DNA of 64,000 nucleotides. Source: Dehalococcoidia bacterium (GTDB lineage: Bacteria > Chloroflexota > Dehalococcoidia > GIF9 > AB-539-J10). Of this stretch, positions 1 through 10,008 are shown in pieces. Below the pieces are notes generated by a model. It made no database searches, was not told the DNA's origin, and saw only the letters and a list, made by a program, of their open reading frames with translations. The stretch lies in the NCBI GenBank assembly GCA_040766535.1, contig JAXGQG010000010.1, positions 2,491 through 66,490 of the forward strand, read 5' to 3'. Positions within the stretch are counted from its first letter, which is position 1. Every line of letters begins with the position of its first letter. The position numbers and the translations under genes were made by a program.

Positions 1-51
1 TCCAAGCAACAGAGCAGCCAGAACGATCACGTAGCGGTCGGTAATGGTCAT
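1..51 (-). CDS. hypothetical protein, 5' end only (runs off the window)
   Basis: ATG at 51..49 overlaps the TGA of the upstream ORF (ATGA). It reads MTITDRYVIVLAALLLG..., which is hydrophobic. Too short to classify. Confidence 0.3.
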   Translation of the reverse strand, partial: MTITDRYVIVLAALLLG

Positions 52-803
52 GATCGCTCCCACGTCCGCATCGTGAGCATGACAGTTCGAATGCCGCGAT
101 CGACCGACTCAGACTCGATGACAACGCCTCGCCCTTTGCCCTCGGCGACTACTGCCGCCGCTATGGAACCGCAGAGGGAACCGAGGCACCCTTCGACGGA
201 CGATGAGAGCCATTGGGCAGGAACCGACTCTCGCCTGAAGCGCGCCTCAATCATGCCGTCATGTTCGAAGAGATCGACCTTCTCGGCAACGCGCAGTGAA
301 GACACCGCGAGTTGATTGAGCGCCACGCTGAGTTCATCCATGGTTTCTCCAGGCGGATACTCAAGCAGGGCAAGCGCAGCGCTCCCCGGCGAACTCACCA
401 GCAGACCAACATCATCGGCACCATCGCCACAGAACGTGACAAGCCGGTCATCAAGAGGCTGTGGCGGAATTCCTGTGCACGCGCCGTCAACCAGTGGTAT
501 GAACGTGCGTGCGCCTCCCGATGAGACAGCGGACGGAAGGTACACCGCGCGCGATTGCAGTCCGATCTCCTCGAGCAGCCTGCCCAGGTTCTCGTACCCA
601 ACGCGCACGAGCAGGTCTGCCAGATCGGCAGGGACTCCTGGAGTCGTGGTTCCAAGCAGGAGGATGACCACACCCAGAACGAGCAATGCGATCCCGGTCG
701 AAACGCCAGGGTAGGAACCCAGAACGAACAGCGACGCGATAAGAATGCACGCGCCTGCTGCCACGAGACCGGAGCCAAGGCGTATGTAGCGGACCCTATG
801 CAT
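48..803 (-). CDS. hypothetical membrane protein (two N-terminal TM helices)
   Basis: 251-aa ORF with N-terminal hydrophobic segments (LVAAGACILIASLFVLG, IALLVLGVVILLLG). I recognise no family motif. Confidence 0.5.
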   Translation of the reverse strand: MHRVRYIRLGSGLVAAGACILIASLFVLGSYPGVSTGIALLVLGVVILLLGTTTPGVPADLADLLVRVGYENLGRLLEEIGLQSRAVYLPSAVSSGGARTFIPLVDGACTGIPPQPLDDRLVTFCGDGADDVGLLVSSPGSAALALLEYPPGETMDELSVALNQLAVSSLRVAEKVDLFEHDGMIEARFRRESVPAQWLSSSVEGCLGSLCGSIAAAVVAEGKGRGVVIESESVDRGIRTVMLTMRTWERS

Positions 804-1027
804 GTCAATTCGTAGCGGTCATTCACCTGCGGCCGCCCGCTTCGAGACGGCGGCGGTCCTGAACCACTCCCGGCGGTGCCGACCCAAGTATAGACCACAG
901 AGACTCTGCTGAGTACAGCAGCCCGGCACCAACGAGAGAACCGCGCGGCGAGTGCACAGCCACGCGACAAGGAACGCGACAGCACTATCGGACTCCCATC
1001 CAGCAGCGCCGTTGCAGAAGAATAGAC

Positions 1028-1377
1028 TGGTGGAGGCGGGGGAGGGTTGAACTCCCCGTCCAGAAAAGGGTTGCCAGAATGTGCTACAGGCTTAGTCGGT
1101 CGCCAATTCGTCGCATGACCATCGTCCACCGACCGAGTCAGGCCACGCCATCCAGCTTGTCTTATCCAGGTCTCGCCGGCCCAAACCCGGAGCACCCCGG
1201 CATTCTCACGCCCACTCCCGACCCACCGGGGAGAGATCGGGGTGGACGCGCGACCTTAACTAGGCCGCGACGGGAACTAGATCGTTCTCGTTTATTGTTT
1301 GCCACCTGTTTATTGAGGTGGATGGCACCTCAGCCTGCAATCCTGTAGGCCCTCCCCTGTCGAACCCACGCGCCCCC
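1028..1377 (-). ncRNA. ssrA: tmRNA (SsrA), about 350 nt
   Basis: The minus strand reads 5' GGGGGCGCGTGGGTTCGACAGGGG ... GGACGGGGAGTTCAACCCTCCCCCGCCTCCACCA 3'. The acceptor stem GGGGGCG/CGCCTCC includes the G3:U wobble used as the alanine identity element. There is a T-arm GGGGAGTTCAACCCTCCCC and a terminal CCA. An internal tag frame ends ...GAT CTA GTT CCC GTC GCG GCC TAG. The gene lies 37 nt downstream of smpB on the same strand. Confidence 0.88.
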
Positions 1378-1414
1378 TTCACGGCCGACCAATACTACAC
1401 CGGAAACGAGGCAT

Positions 1415-1876
1415 CTACCGTCGCCGTTCCTTCACCACACGGTCCAACTCTCGCTCCTGGTCACGCTGCGCAATAGCCTCACGCTTGTCGTACTGCTTCT
1501 TGCCGCGTGCGACCCCCAGTGCAACCTTGGCCTTGCCACCCTTAATGTACATTCGCACGGGAACCAGCGTCAAACTCTTTTGCCTCATGAGCGCGTCCAG
1601 AGCGTCGACTTCCTTCCGGTGCAGCAACAACTTGCGCGCCCGACCCGGCTCATGGCCATAGTGACTGGCCGCGTCGTACGCTGCGATGTGACAGTTGAAC
1701 AACCAGAGTTCGCCCTTCTCCACTCTCGCATAGGCGTCCTTCAAATTCACGTGACCGGCGCGAATCGACTTGATCTCGGAGCCCATGAGCACGATGCCAG
1801 CCTCATACGTATCGCCGATGACGTAATCATGGTAAGCTTTGCGATTGACTGTGATAGTTCGTGTTTCACCACCCAT
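1415..1876 (-). CDS. smpB: SsrA-binding protein SmpB
   Basis: 153 aa with typical SmpB sequence (NRKAYHDY, GSEIKSIR, NLKDAY, LLLHRKE), adjacent to the tmRNA. Confidence 0.95.
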   Translation of the reverse strand: MGGETRTITVNRKAYHDYVIGDTYEAGIVLMGSEIKSIRAGHVNLKDAYARVEKGELWLFNCHIAAYDAASHYGHEPGRARKLLLHRKEVDALDALMRQKSLTLVPVRMYIKGGKAKVALGVARGKKQYDKREAIAQRDQERELDRVVKERRR

Positions 1877-1924
1877 CCCCGCATTCTAACGCACTTAGAG
1901 AGAATGAAGAAGGCCAACTGAAGA

Positions 1925-2431
1925 GTGACTCGTTCGGAAATCGCGACCCGAGCGCTGGCCCTTGCGACGGTGGTAGCGATAGTCGTTGGCGTCTACGTCC
2001 TGGCCCCTCACCTCAGAGCCGAACAGTTCGCCCCTGTACTGATTCCGTCTCCACCAGAGCACTCATCCGCCGACATAGTGGTCAACATCACCGGCAACGT
2101 TCGCAATCCAGGTCTGTACACGCTCGATGAAGCCACGCCGCTGGGCGACGTACTGGCGCTTGCCGGCGTGCACGACGTGGACACCGGCCACACCGCCACA
2201 ATCGAGGTCGATCCCATCAGCAACACAACCTCGCAGCGAGTCGACCTGAACCACGCGGAACCGTGGCTCCTTGAGGCACTGCCCGGCATCGGGCCTGAGA
2301 AGGCAAAGGCGATAGCTGCACACAGAGAGACATACGGTCCGTTCGTCTGCATAGAGGACCTGGTTCTGGTCCCCGGAATCAGCTCCGCGACACTGGAATC
2401 CATCCGCGACCACATCATCATCACCCCATAA
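1925..2431 (+). CDS. comEA: ComEA-like DNA-binding competence protein (TM anchor, SLBB-like region, C-terminal helix-hairpin-helix)
   Basis: N-terminal TM helix. The C-terminus LNHAEPWLLEALPGIGPEKAKAIAAHRETYGPFVCIEDLVLVPGIS is a tandem HhH motif. GTG start. Located directly upstream of comEC. Confidence 0.8.
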   Translation: MTRSEIATRALALATVVAIVVGVYVLAPHLRAEQFAPVLIPSPPEHSSADIVVNITGNVRNPGLYTLDEATPLGDVLALAGVHDVDTGHTATIEVDPISNTTSQRVDLNHAEPWLLEALPGIGPEKAKAIAAHRETYGPFVCIEDLVLVPGISSATLESIRDHIIITP

Positions 2432-2442
2432 CGCCGCGTCAC

Positions 2443-4869
2443 ATGTGGGTATTCGCCTTCAGTTGCGCATTCATCGCGGGCGTGGGATTCGCCGCCACGC
2501 GCGATCCGGCATGGGCTGCCACCTTATGCCCCGTCCTATGCTTCGGTCTGCTGGTCACCCGCTGGTCCAGAGCCACTCTTCTGATTCTCGTCGCCGGATC
2601 GCTACTCGCCGCTGTGTTGGGCGTCCAGGCATATGAACGCTCGTTGCCGGCAGCCGACGATGTGATCGTCTCTGCGTACAACGAGTCCGGTCCCGTGGCG
2701 CTAGAGGCAATCATTTGTGAAGAGCCCGAATCCGGGGGCCGGTACACCAGTCTTCTCCTCGACAACGTCCGGGTGACGGACGCCGGGAGACGCGTCGGTG
2801 TGGACGGACGGGTGTTGCTCACGACCTCCGATCCGCGCCAATTCCACTACGGCGATGCCGTCCTGTTCCGCGGTATTCTCGAGACACCGAGGGCATTCGA
2901 TGGCTTCGACTACCCACGGTATCTCGCCCTTAGCGGCGTGTACTCGACGGCGTTCCAGGGGAGCCTGGAGTTCAGGACTTCCGATGAGCCGAAACCATTG
3001 AGAGTACGTCTAGCTGCGGCAAACAGCGCGCTCGACAGCGCGTTGGCGAGAGTGTTGCCGGAACCGGAAGGATCCGTGGCGCGTTCGTTGCTGCTCGGAA
3101 GGCGAGGCTCGCTGCCTGACGAGGTGCGGGACGCATTCGCGCGCACCGGTACTGCGCATCTCCTGGCTATCTCAGGCCTCCACCTCGGCATCATAGTCGC
3201 CGCAATCCTGGGCATCCTGCTTATCCTGCTTGGCCGTAGATACTACCTCTATGTCTGGATTGGCCTGGCTGCACTGTGGGTCTACGCCCTCTTGACCGGT
3301 ATGAATCCGCCGGTAGTTCGCGCCGCGATGATGGCTTCTACGTTCCTGCTGGCGGAGCTCGCCGGCAGGCAGAAGCACGCCCCGACCGCGCTGGCGTTTG
3401 CCGCGGCCGTGATGGTGAGCGTGGACCCTCGCGTACTCTGGACGGTGTCCTTTCAGATGAGCGTGCTTGCGATGGGCGGCATCGTCCTGCTGTTCCACCC
3501 GCTACGGGCCTTGCTTGAGTCCATGTTGCGAGGAATCCTGACGCATGCACCACTGGCCCTCCCGGTTTCCAATCTGATGCTGGACGTCACCACCGCCAGT
3601 CTTGCTGCAACAGCGGCTATCTGGCCGATATCTGCAGGTACCTTCTCGCAGTTCTCGGTGGTCGGCGTGGTTGTATCTCTGCTCACCCTTCCGTTCCTGC
3701 CTTTCGCTCTCGCCTCGGCAGCCATGACCGCAGTCACGGCCCTGTTCTCCACATCAGTCGCCGCTCCACTCGCATGGACTACATGGCTGCTGACCACCTA
3801 CATCGTCAAAGTCATCGAGTCATTCGCGGGACTGCCGTGGGCCTCCGTGACCATGTGCGCGCCGGAGAAGTGGGGCGTCGTCGCGTACTATGTGACCCTC
3901 AGCGCCGTCCCACTGGCATGGCATGCATGGCAGGGACGGGATGACGGGACACAACCTCGGGGCAACTCGAGCCGTGAATACGGACGCAGCAGCACACTGC
4001 ACTACGCGTTGCCACCACTCCTCCTGACAACCACCATTGTGTGGGCGATGGTGCTCTCCGCACCGGACGCCCGGCTACACGTCAGTATCCTTGACGTGGG
4101 ACAGGGAGACTGTATCGTGGTGCAGTCGCCCTCAGGCAGGACCGTGCTCATAGACGGGGGACCTGACGGGCGCCGTACTTGTGCGCTCGTAGACGGGCTT
4201 CGACCTTTCTGGGACCGTACCATCGATGTGGTCGTCGCCACTCATCCCCATGCCGATCATCTGGGTGGACTGCTCTCAGTCATCCAGCGCTACGGAATAG
4301 GCATGGTCGTGGAACCGGCCATTCAATGCGAGGGAGCACTGTACGAGGAATGGAGAGCGAGAGTGACAGACGCTGACTGCGACGTCGTATCGGCAACGCG
4401 TGGGCAGGAGATGGACCTTGGCGATGGCACGCTTCTGCAGATCCTCAATCCCGCAGAGATGCCACTGTCAGGCACGAATGACGACATGGACAACAACGGA
4501 GTCGTTATACGACTCACCTACGGAGACGTCAGCTTCCTCTTCGCCGCCGATATCAGAGCCGAAGCAGAACGGGCTCTCACCGGCCACGCTGCATCCGTAC
4601 TGCGAAGCAACGTCCTGAAGGTGCCTCACCACGGGAGTGAGTCTTCCTCCTCAGAGCGTTTCATTGCAGCAGTAGCCCCCGGGATCGCTGTTGTGTCAGC
4701 AGGTGAGGACAATCCGTACGGACATCCGCACCCGGTGGTGCTTGAGCGATACGCGGCGACGGCAACCGAACTGCTGGTAACCTGCGCTACCGGCACCATC
4801 GAATTCGTCACCGACGGCGCCACACTCTGGATTCACACCGAGAACGCAGCCAGACAGACTCCGCCATAG
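2443..4869 (+). CDS. comEC: DNA internalization competence protein ComEC/Rec2 with C-terminal metallo-beta-lactamase domain
   Basis: 808 aa and polytopic. Carries the competence-domain motif TGTAHLLAISGLHLGI and an MBL domain (ILDVGQGDCIVV, ATHPHADHLGG, VPHHGS). Confidence 0.92.
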   Translation: MWVFAFSCAFIAGVGFAATRDPAWAATLCPVLCFGLLVTRWSRATLLILVAGSLLAAVLGVQAYERSLPAADDVIVSAYNESGPVALEAIICEEPESGGRYTSLLLDNVRVTDAGRRVGVDGRVLLTTSDPRQFHYGDAVLFRGILETPRAFDGFDYPRYLALSGVYSTAFQGSLEFRTSDEPKPLRVRLAAANSALDSALARVLPEPEGSVARSLLLGRRGSLPDEVRDAFARTGTAHLLAISGLHLGIIVAAILGILLILLGRRYYLYVWIGLAALWVYALLTGMNPPVVRAAMMASTFLLAELAGRQKHAPTALAFAAAVMVSVDPRVLWTVSFQMSVLAMGGIVLLFHPLRALLESMLRGILTHAPLALPVSNLMLDVTTASLAATAAIWPISAGTFSQFSVVGVVVSLLTLPFLPFALASAAMTAVTALFSTSVAAPLAWTTWLLTTYIVKVIESFAGLPWASVTMCAPEKWGVVAYYVTLSAVPLAWHAWQGRDDGTQPRGNSSREYGRSSTLHYALPPLLLTTTIVWAMVLSAPDARLHVSILDVGQGDCIVVQSPSGRTVLIDGGPDGRRTCALVDGLRPFWDRTIDVVVATHPHADHLGGLLSVIQRYGIGMVVEPAIQCEGALYEEWRARVTDADCDVVSATRGQEMDLGDGTLLQILNPAEMPLSGTNDDMDNNGVVIRLTYGDVSFLFAADIRAEAERALTGHAASVLRSNVLKVPHHGSESSSSERFIAAVAPGIAVVSAGEDNPYGHPHPVVLERYAATATELLVTCATGTIEFVTDGATLWIHTENAARQTPP

Positions 4870-4916
4870 GCGACGACTGAATCCAACCAGTATCTCCACA
4901 CACCCGAGCCTGCTAT

Positions 4917-6251
4917 TCAACGGAACAGCCCTAGCTTTCGGGCGTAGAACAGGGCAAGGCCAATAAGAATCGCTGCCACGAAGATCAGGAAAGTCCATTT
5001 CATCGCGATGGCAAGAACCAGCATATACACACAGTTGATAGCAATGGCAATGGATGAGCACACAACAAGTCTGCGCGGCTTGACCTGTACTGACGCACGC
5101 ACATACGTCGCGGGATGTCGACGCAGCAACCTGATGGCGGCGAACAGCACGAGCGTGACCATGAACAACAGGCCGAAGTTCAGCACCGAACCAAGCGTCA
5201 TGAGCGGCGGATTCACGAGCAACGTGCACACGGTCATCAGGTATATGAGCAGGAGCCCATTGTGGGGGGTCCCGAATCTGCGATTGACGCGAGAGAAGGC
5301 GCGGGGGAAGTACCCATCGAAGGAGAAGGCCAGCGCATATCTGCCAGCAGCGGCGAGCGTGAGATTGATAGTGGTCGCGCTCGCCATGATACCACCACCC
5401 ACGACGAAGAACTCCAGCCAACCTGCGGGCAGAAATGTCGCAGCCACATCACCGAGCGTCCCCTTCGAGAACTGTGCCCAGCCCACCGTACCCACAGCCA
5501 CGACCTCGATCAAGATATAGAGACACAGAACGATGCCTATGCTGATCGCGAGGGCACGAGGGATGACGCTCCGGGCGTTGCGGACCTCATCGCCCATCTC
5601 GATGCCGAAGAGTCCGCCCGCCAGCAACGTGTATAGCAGTGCTGCGGCGCCAACAAAACCCACTGCACCACCCGAGAAGACCGGGCGCAGGTTCTCGATG
5701 GAGACAGCCGGCATACCACCGAGGATGAAGATGAGAAGCGCAGCCACGAGGAGGATGACTCCAACAAACTGCGTTTGAGTGGCCAATCGAACTCCGAGCA
5801 CATTCACAAGGAACAGAACGCTCATCACCAGGACGGCCCACAGAGTGACGTTCAATCCGGGAAGCAGCACCGCTACCAGCTTCGCGATAGCCACCGCAAA
5901 CAGTGGCAGCATGCCCAGTGGTATGGCAATGAACAGCACCATCCAGGCGGCCACGGCAAGAGGGCGTGAGAACAGCTTGGCGTACTGATAGTTGGCACAG
6001 GTGACCGGCAGCGCTGCAGACAACGCGGAATACGCGGGCAGGGCGAGCAGGATGGGCGCCGCACTCATCAGCTGTCCGAGCAGCAGCGACGAGCCAGTGA
6101 GTCCAGCCGCGATGCCCGTGAGCAGGAAGAGCGAGCCTCCGATGTTGAGCCCCACCATGATAGCTATGAGACCGATCATGCCGATCTCACGTCGAAGGTT
6201 GGCCGAGACAGAACGCCCTACATAGAATCGAAGGTCATATCCGGTGTCCAC
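4917..6251 (-). CDS. APC-superfamily amino acid permease
   Basis: About 12 TM segments with an APC-like N-terminus (GMIGLIAIMVGLNIGGSLF). I prefer the GTG start at 6251, preceded by AAGGAGcaaa, over the ORF-track start at 6290. Confidence 0.8.
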   Translation of the reverse strand: MDTGYDLRFYVGRSVSANLRREIGMIGLIAIMVGLNIGGSLFLLTGIAAGLTGSSLLLGQLMSAAPILLALPAYSALSAALPVTCANYQYAKLFSRPLAVAAWMVLFIAIPLGMLPLFAVAIAKLVAVLLPGLNVTLWAVLVMSVLFLVNVLGVRLATQTQFVGVILLVAALLIFILGGMPAVSIENLRPVFSGGAVGFVGAAALLYTLLAGGLFGIEMGDEVRNARSVIPRALAISIGIVLCLYILIEVVAVGTVGWAQFSKGTLGDVAATFLPAGWLEFFVVGGGIMASATTINLTLAAAGRYALAFSFDGYFPRAFSRVNRRFGTPHNGLLLIYLMTVCTLLVNPPLMTLGSVLNFGLLFMVTLVLFAAIRLLRRHPATYVRASVQVKPRRLVVCSSIAIAINCVYMLVLAIAMKWTFLIFVAAILIGLALFYARKLGLFR

Positions 6252-6273
6252 TTTGCTCCTTGTTCTACGACAG

Positions 6274-6891
6274 TCACGCCGACTTCTCACGTTGCCGCAG
6301 CAGCCTTTCTGTCACAGTCCTCGGGTGCCGCAGTCGATCGAGATTCTTGAGACCGATGGCTGCTATCACCCCTGCCGCATAGAGCGCCACCCCCAGGGAG
6401 CGGTCAACCACATAGACGAAGATGGGCAGGAATGGTGCGCCACAGGCCACGGTGAGAAAGAGTCGTCGTGACAATCCACGTCCCACATTGAGCAACAGAA
6501 CGAGTCCCATCACGCCGAGCGTCAACACCATGGCGCCAAAGCTGAGTGCGAGAAACACACCGATGGCCGTAGCCACGCCCTGCCCACCGCGGAAGCCGAT
6601 GTACACAGGGAACACATGCCCCAGAATGGCAACTGCTCCAGCGGCCATCATCCAGTGCAGACCGACGCCGAGCGCGTCAGCAATCAGAATGGCGGCGCCC
6701 CCCTTACCCACGTCCCCGGCGAGGGTCAGCAGCCCCTCCTTGATACCGACGGCCCTGATCACGCTTCCCGCGCCAACGTTGCCGATGTCCACAGTCCTGA
6801 TGTCTATGCCGGCACGGAGGCGGGCGATGATATAGGCGAAGGGAATGGCGCCGATGAAGTAGCCGGCCGCTATGGCTGCGAATTCATACAT
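6274..6891 (-). CDS. plsY: glycerol-3-phosphate acyltransferase PlsY
   Basis: N-terminus AAGYFIGAIPFAYIIARL, plus GNVGAGSVIRAVG and FRGGQGVATAIG motifs. Internal ATG at 6891 chosen because the upstream 20 codons look non-coding. Confidence 0.85.
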   Translation of the reverse strand: MYEFAAIAAGYFIGAIPFAYIIARLRAGIDIRTVDIGNVGAGSVIRAVGIKEGLLTLAGDVGKGGAAILIADALGVGLHWMMAAGAVAILGHVFPVYIGFRGGQGVATAIGVFLALSFGAMVLTLGVMGLVLLLNVGRGLSRRLFLTVACGAPFLPIFVYVVDRSLGVALYAAGVIAAIGLKNLDRLRHPRTVTERLLRQREKSA

Positions 6892-7078
6892 TGAACCGAC
6901 CGCGGGTCGCGTCCACGCGTTGCCGCGCGGCGGGGCGAGCGAGACCTGCAACTAGGAAAGGCACCATCGACGCATATCTTACCGTAATACACACGGGATT
7001 TCCTACGCGCGAGAGGCGCCTCAGTCCACGTCGTTATCGTGGAACCTGAGACGCCCCCTAAGTAGCCACCACAAGGCA

Positions 7079-8014
7079 TCAGATGGAGCGAATCTCTTCA
7101 CGCATGAAACGGATATACGAGACCGCGAAGCATATCGCGCACAGAGCGATAATGGTGACCATCTGAGGCCAGACAAGAAGCAGACTGTCGTTCAACGGAA
7201 GGGGATTGGTCATCCTTCCTGAGTAGTAGCTCATGACATACAGCGCTGAGTTCATCGTGCCAACTTCCGGTGTCAGCAATCCGATGGTCGCCTCCCCGTA
7301 CAGGGTACAGGGTGATATACGGGCAAGGGTGCCCTCTATCGATGCGTTCCGCGCGAAAGCGTCCACACTCGAATTGGTGTCGACGGGAGCGGTAGCATCA
7401 GCGACGGCGCCCGCGATCGCCGCGACGAAGAAGAAGAAGATGATCCACACCGCCAGCGAAGCCAGCATGGACGTTGCCGTTCTACGGAAGAAGACCGAGA
7501 ACAGCACCGCAAGCGCGAGCCAGAACCCCGCGTACATGATGCTGATGAACACAAACGCGATCAGTCTCACGATCTCTTCGCCGTTCGGGGGGACGCCAAC
7601 GATACGGATGCCAAGTCCTGCAACGATTCCCACCACGCTGACGACCATGATAGACAGCACGGCGAGTCCGGCAAGGAACTTCCCGTTGATGATCGAATCC
7701 CGGTAGATGGGCTGCGACACGAGCCTGCTGAGATTCCCGGTGCTGCGCTCGTTATTCACCGCATCGAAACCGAGGGCGATTCCCACGATCGGTATGAACA
7801 GAGACAGGAAGAATAGGAACGAAGGCAGGTTTCCGCCAGAGGTAGTGAACACCTTCAGGAATATGAACTCAGTGCTGGTGTCAACCACTCCACGTATAGT
7901 CTGAATGGCGATGTAGATGGCGAACACCGCCGAAAGCAGCACAAGTGCGAACAGAATGATGAACCTCTTACTGCTGAGGTGATCGGCCAGTTCCTTGCGA
8001 AAAATCGCGTACAT
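7079..8014 (-). CDS. ABC-2 type transporter permease
   Basis: 311 aa with six hydrophobic segments, immediately downstream of the ABC ATPase. Confidence 0.8.
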   Translation of the reverse strand: MYAIFRKELADHLSSKRFIILFALVLLSAVFAIYIAIQTIRGVVDTSTEFIFLKVFTTSGGNLPSFLFFLSLFIPIVGIALGFDAVNNERSTGNLSRLVSQPIYRDSIINGKFLAGLAVLSIMVVSVVGIVAGLGIRIVGVPPNGEEIVRLIAFVFISIMYAGFWLALAVLFSVFFRRTATSMLASLAVWIIFFFFVAAIAGAVADATAPVDTNSSVDAFARNASIEGTLARISPCTLYGEATIGLLTPEVGTMNSALYVMSYYSGRMTNPLPLNDSLLLVWPQMVTIIALCAICFAVSYIRFMREEIRSI

Positions 8015-8017
8015 AGA

Positions 8018-8950
8018 TCAAGCCTCTTTCGAGAAGCGCTTGTATATCTTCTCCAGGTCGTACTCTTCGATCCTCATGCCGAGAAGAAGAGCACCGGCAT
8101 CGATGATCGCCCGCGACACCTGACCGCGAAGGTCCGACTCCGCCGTGACGATGAGCATCTTCTCAGCCACATCGACCTGCTGTACGCCTTTCACCTTGCG
8201 CACAGCGTCCACCACTGCCGGTCCAGGGTCATCAACCTCGGCCTCCATGCGGTACATACCGGCACCGGAAGTGCTTCGGCCCAGCAATTCTATCGGGCCG
8301 TCAGCCACGAGGCTGCCTTTCGACATTATGCCCACACGCGAGCACAGTTGCTGCACCTGAGGAAGCACATGCGAGCAGAAGATGACGGTGATGCCTCGCT
8401 TGCCCATGCCCGTGATGAGCTTGAGGATGTCGTCGATACCGTTGGGATCGATTCCGGTAGTCGCCTCGTCGAGGAACGCCAGTCGCGGTTCCTTCAGGAA
8501 TATCTCCGCGATGCCGAGTCGCTGCTTCATGCCACGCGAGAACGTGCTGACCGTCTGGTCCTTCACCTTCGCCAGCCCAACCAGACCGAGGACATCGTCG
8601 ATCCTGTGCTCGGATGCCGAGCGCGCCATACGATTCAGTTCGGCAATGAAGCGAAGGTTCTCACGAGCCGTCAACTCTTCGTAGAAGCCGACTCGCTCAG
8701 GCAGGTAACCCACCTGCCGTTTGACCTCAAGCGGATCGCGGGCTGGATCCTTGCCGCAGACCCTGACGGTGCCGGACGTCGGTTCAGTCAGGCCGAGCAA
8801 CATCAACAGGGTGGTCGTCTTCCCCGCGCCATTGGCGCCGAGGAATCCGAACATCTCGCCTTCCTCGATCTTGAGGTTCAGGCTATTGACGGCGGTGAAA
8901 TCGCCGTATTTCTTCGTCAGATCCGTGGCCTCCACCACGAGTTGTCCCAC
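8018..8950 (-). CDS. ABC transporter ATP-binding protein
   Basis: Walker A GANGAGKTT, signature SRGMKQRLG, Walker B LAFLDEATTGID. Confidence 0.93.
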   Translation of the reverse strand: MGQLVVEATDLTKKYGDFTAVNSLNLKIEEGEMFGFLGANGAGKTTTLLMLLGLTEPTSGTVRVCGKDPARDPLEVKRQVGYLPERVGFYEELTARENLRFIAELNRMARSASEHRIDDVLGLVGLAKVKDQTVSTFSRGMKQRLGIAEIFLKEPRLAFLDEATTGIDPNGIDDILKLITGMGKRGITVIFCSHVLPQVQQLCSRVGIMSKGSLVADGPIELLGRSTSGAGMYRMEAEVDDPGPAVVDAVRKVKGVQQVDVAEKMLIVTAESDLRGQVSRAIIDAGALLLGMRIEEYDLEKIYKRFSKEA

Positions 8951-8953
8951 GGC

Positions 8954-9898
8954 TTACCTCCGTCCGTATTTGCGAAATGCCCAGACCAGTCCACCAACTA
9001 CAACTACCAGAATCAGCGCGCCTATCAGGCCCCACGTGGTCTTCGTGGCCACTGAGACCCTGACAGCGAGGGATGGGGGCGAGGACGACAGAGCGGGCTC
9101 ACCCGTGTAGTTCAGAGTCACCATGTAGTCGCCTGGAACGGTGTTCGCGGGGGGGGTGATAGACACCTGGACCTCAACCTCATCACCCGGCGCCAGGCTC
9201 TCGACGCTCGCAGGATCAAACGCCACGCCCCAACTATCGCCGCTGACCACAGTGGGGGTGGTCGCCGACATCGTCACTTTGTCGAGTATGGCCGTGCCAC
9301 TGTTAGTGACCTTCACTCCGAAGGTGCTGGCCTTGCCAGCCGTTGTTTTCGTGTTCAGGCGTCCGCTTGTAGTCTCAGCGGACAGACCATACCGCGCAGT
9401 AATGGTGGCGGTCAGAGTCACCGCATCTTCAAGATCGCCGGACGAGACACGCAACTCAATGGGGTAGTCACCCGGCTCAGGATAGAGCCAGAATGGCGCG
9501 ACCGCGACCACCACGATGGGTGTATTCGTTGAGTACGGCTCCAGAAAGATAGCGGATATCTGGCTGTCCAGTTTGTACGTGGACTCCGCGATGTAGGTCA
9601 GCCAACCTGACGGTCCGGTCACGGCGAGATCGAAGGCCTTGCCCCGCGCCTCGCCGGAACGATAGGTGAACTCGACCTCGAATTTGAACGTCGAGTCAGC
9701 CGTCCCCGTCATCGCCGGGAACTTCGGATTTACCTGAAGAACCGTGGGGATCTCTGGTGTTGTAGTCTCTTCTTCCTCTTCCTGTGCCAGCAGTGTCACG
9801 GGCGCAAGCAGCGCGCCTCCGGCCAACGCAACACAGAGAAGAACAGAGATGAGCCTTATAAATCTGGGATTCCGCATTCGCTGTGACCTCCCGAGCAA
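8954..9898 (-). CDS. secreted, C-terminally anchored beta-rich protein (COG1470 / NEW3-like) associated with the ABC transporter
   Basis: Signal-like N-terminus (LISVLLCVALAGGALLAPV), acidic linker EEEEE, repeated beta-sandwich-like segments (ITARYGL, VTNSGTA, VSITPPANTVPGDY), and a C-terminal TM helix followed by RKYGRR. Family assignment is from memory of similar operons. Confidence 0.6.
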   Translation of the reverse strand: MLGRSQRMRNPRFIRLISVLLCVALAGGALLAPVTLLAQEEEEETTTPEIPTVLQVNPKFPAMTGTADSTFKFEVEFTYRSGEARGKAFDLAVTGPSGWLTYIAESTYKLDSQISAIFLEPYSTNTPIVVVAVAPFWLYPEPGDYPIELRVSSGDLEDAVTLTATITARYGLSAETTSGRLNTKTTAGKASTFGVKVTNSGTAILDKVTMSATTPTVVSGDSWGVAFDPASVESLAPGDEVEVQVSITPPANTVPGDYMVTLNYTGEPALSSSPPSLAVRVSVATKTTWGLIGALILVVVVGGLVWAFRKYGRR

Positions 9899-10008
9899 TC
9901 AGCTTTACATGATAGCCCAAGCACGTCTACCATATCAACACACGCGAGTGAAGGCAGCGTAACAGACAATTGTCAATTTCTCATGAAGACCCCGCGATTG
10001 GAGAACAG

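Noticed and set aside
803-1027. Possible genomic-island integration at the tmRNA 3' end.
   Set aside because: No integrase gene and no duplicated copy of the tmRNA 3' terminus (attL/attR-type repeat) are visible in the window.
395-1195. 266-aa ORF on the minus strand spanning the region between the membrane-protein gene and smpB.
   Set aside because: It overlaps the tmRNA (1028..1377) and the real ORF 48..803. Its translation is low-complexity.
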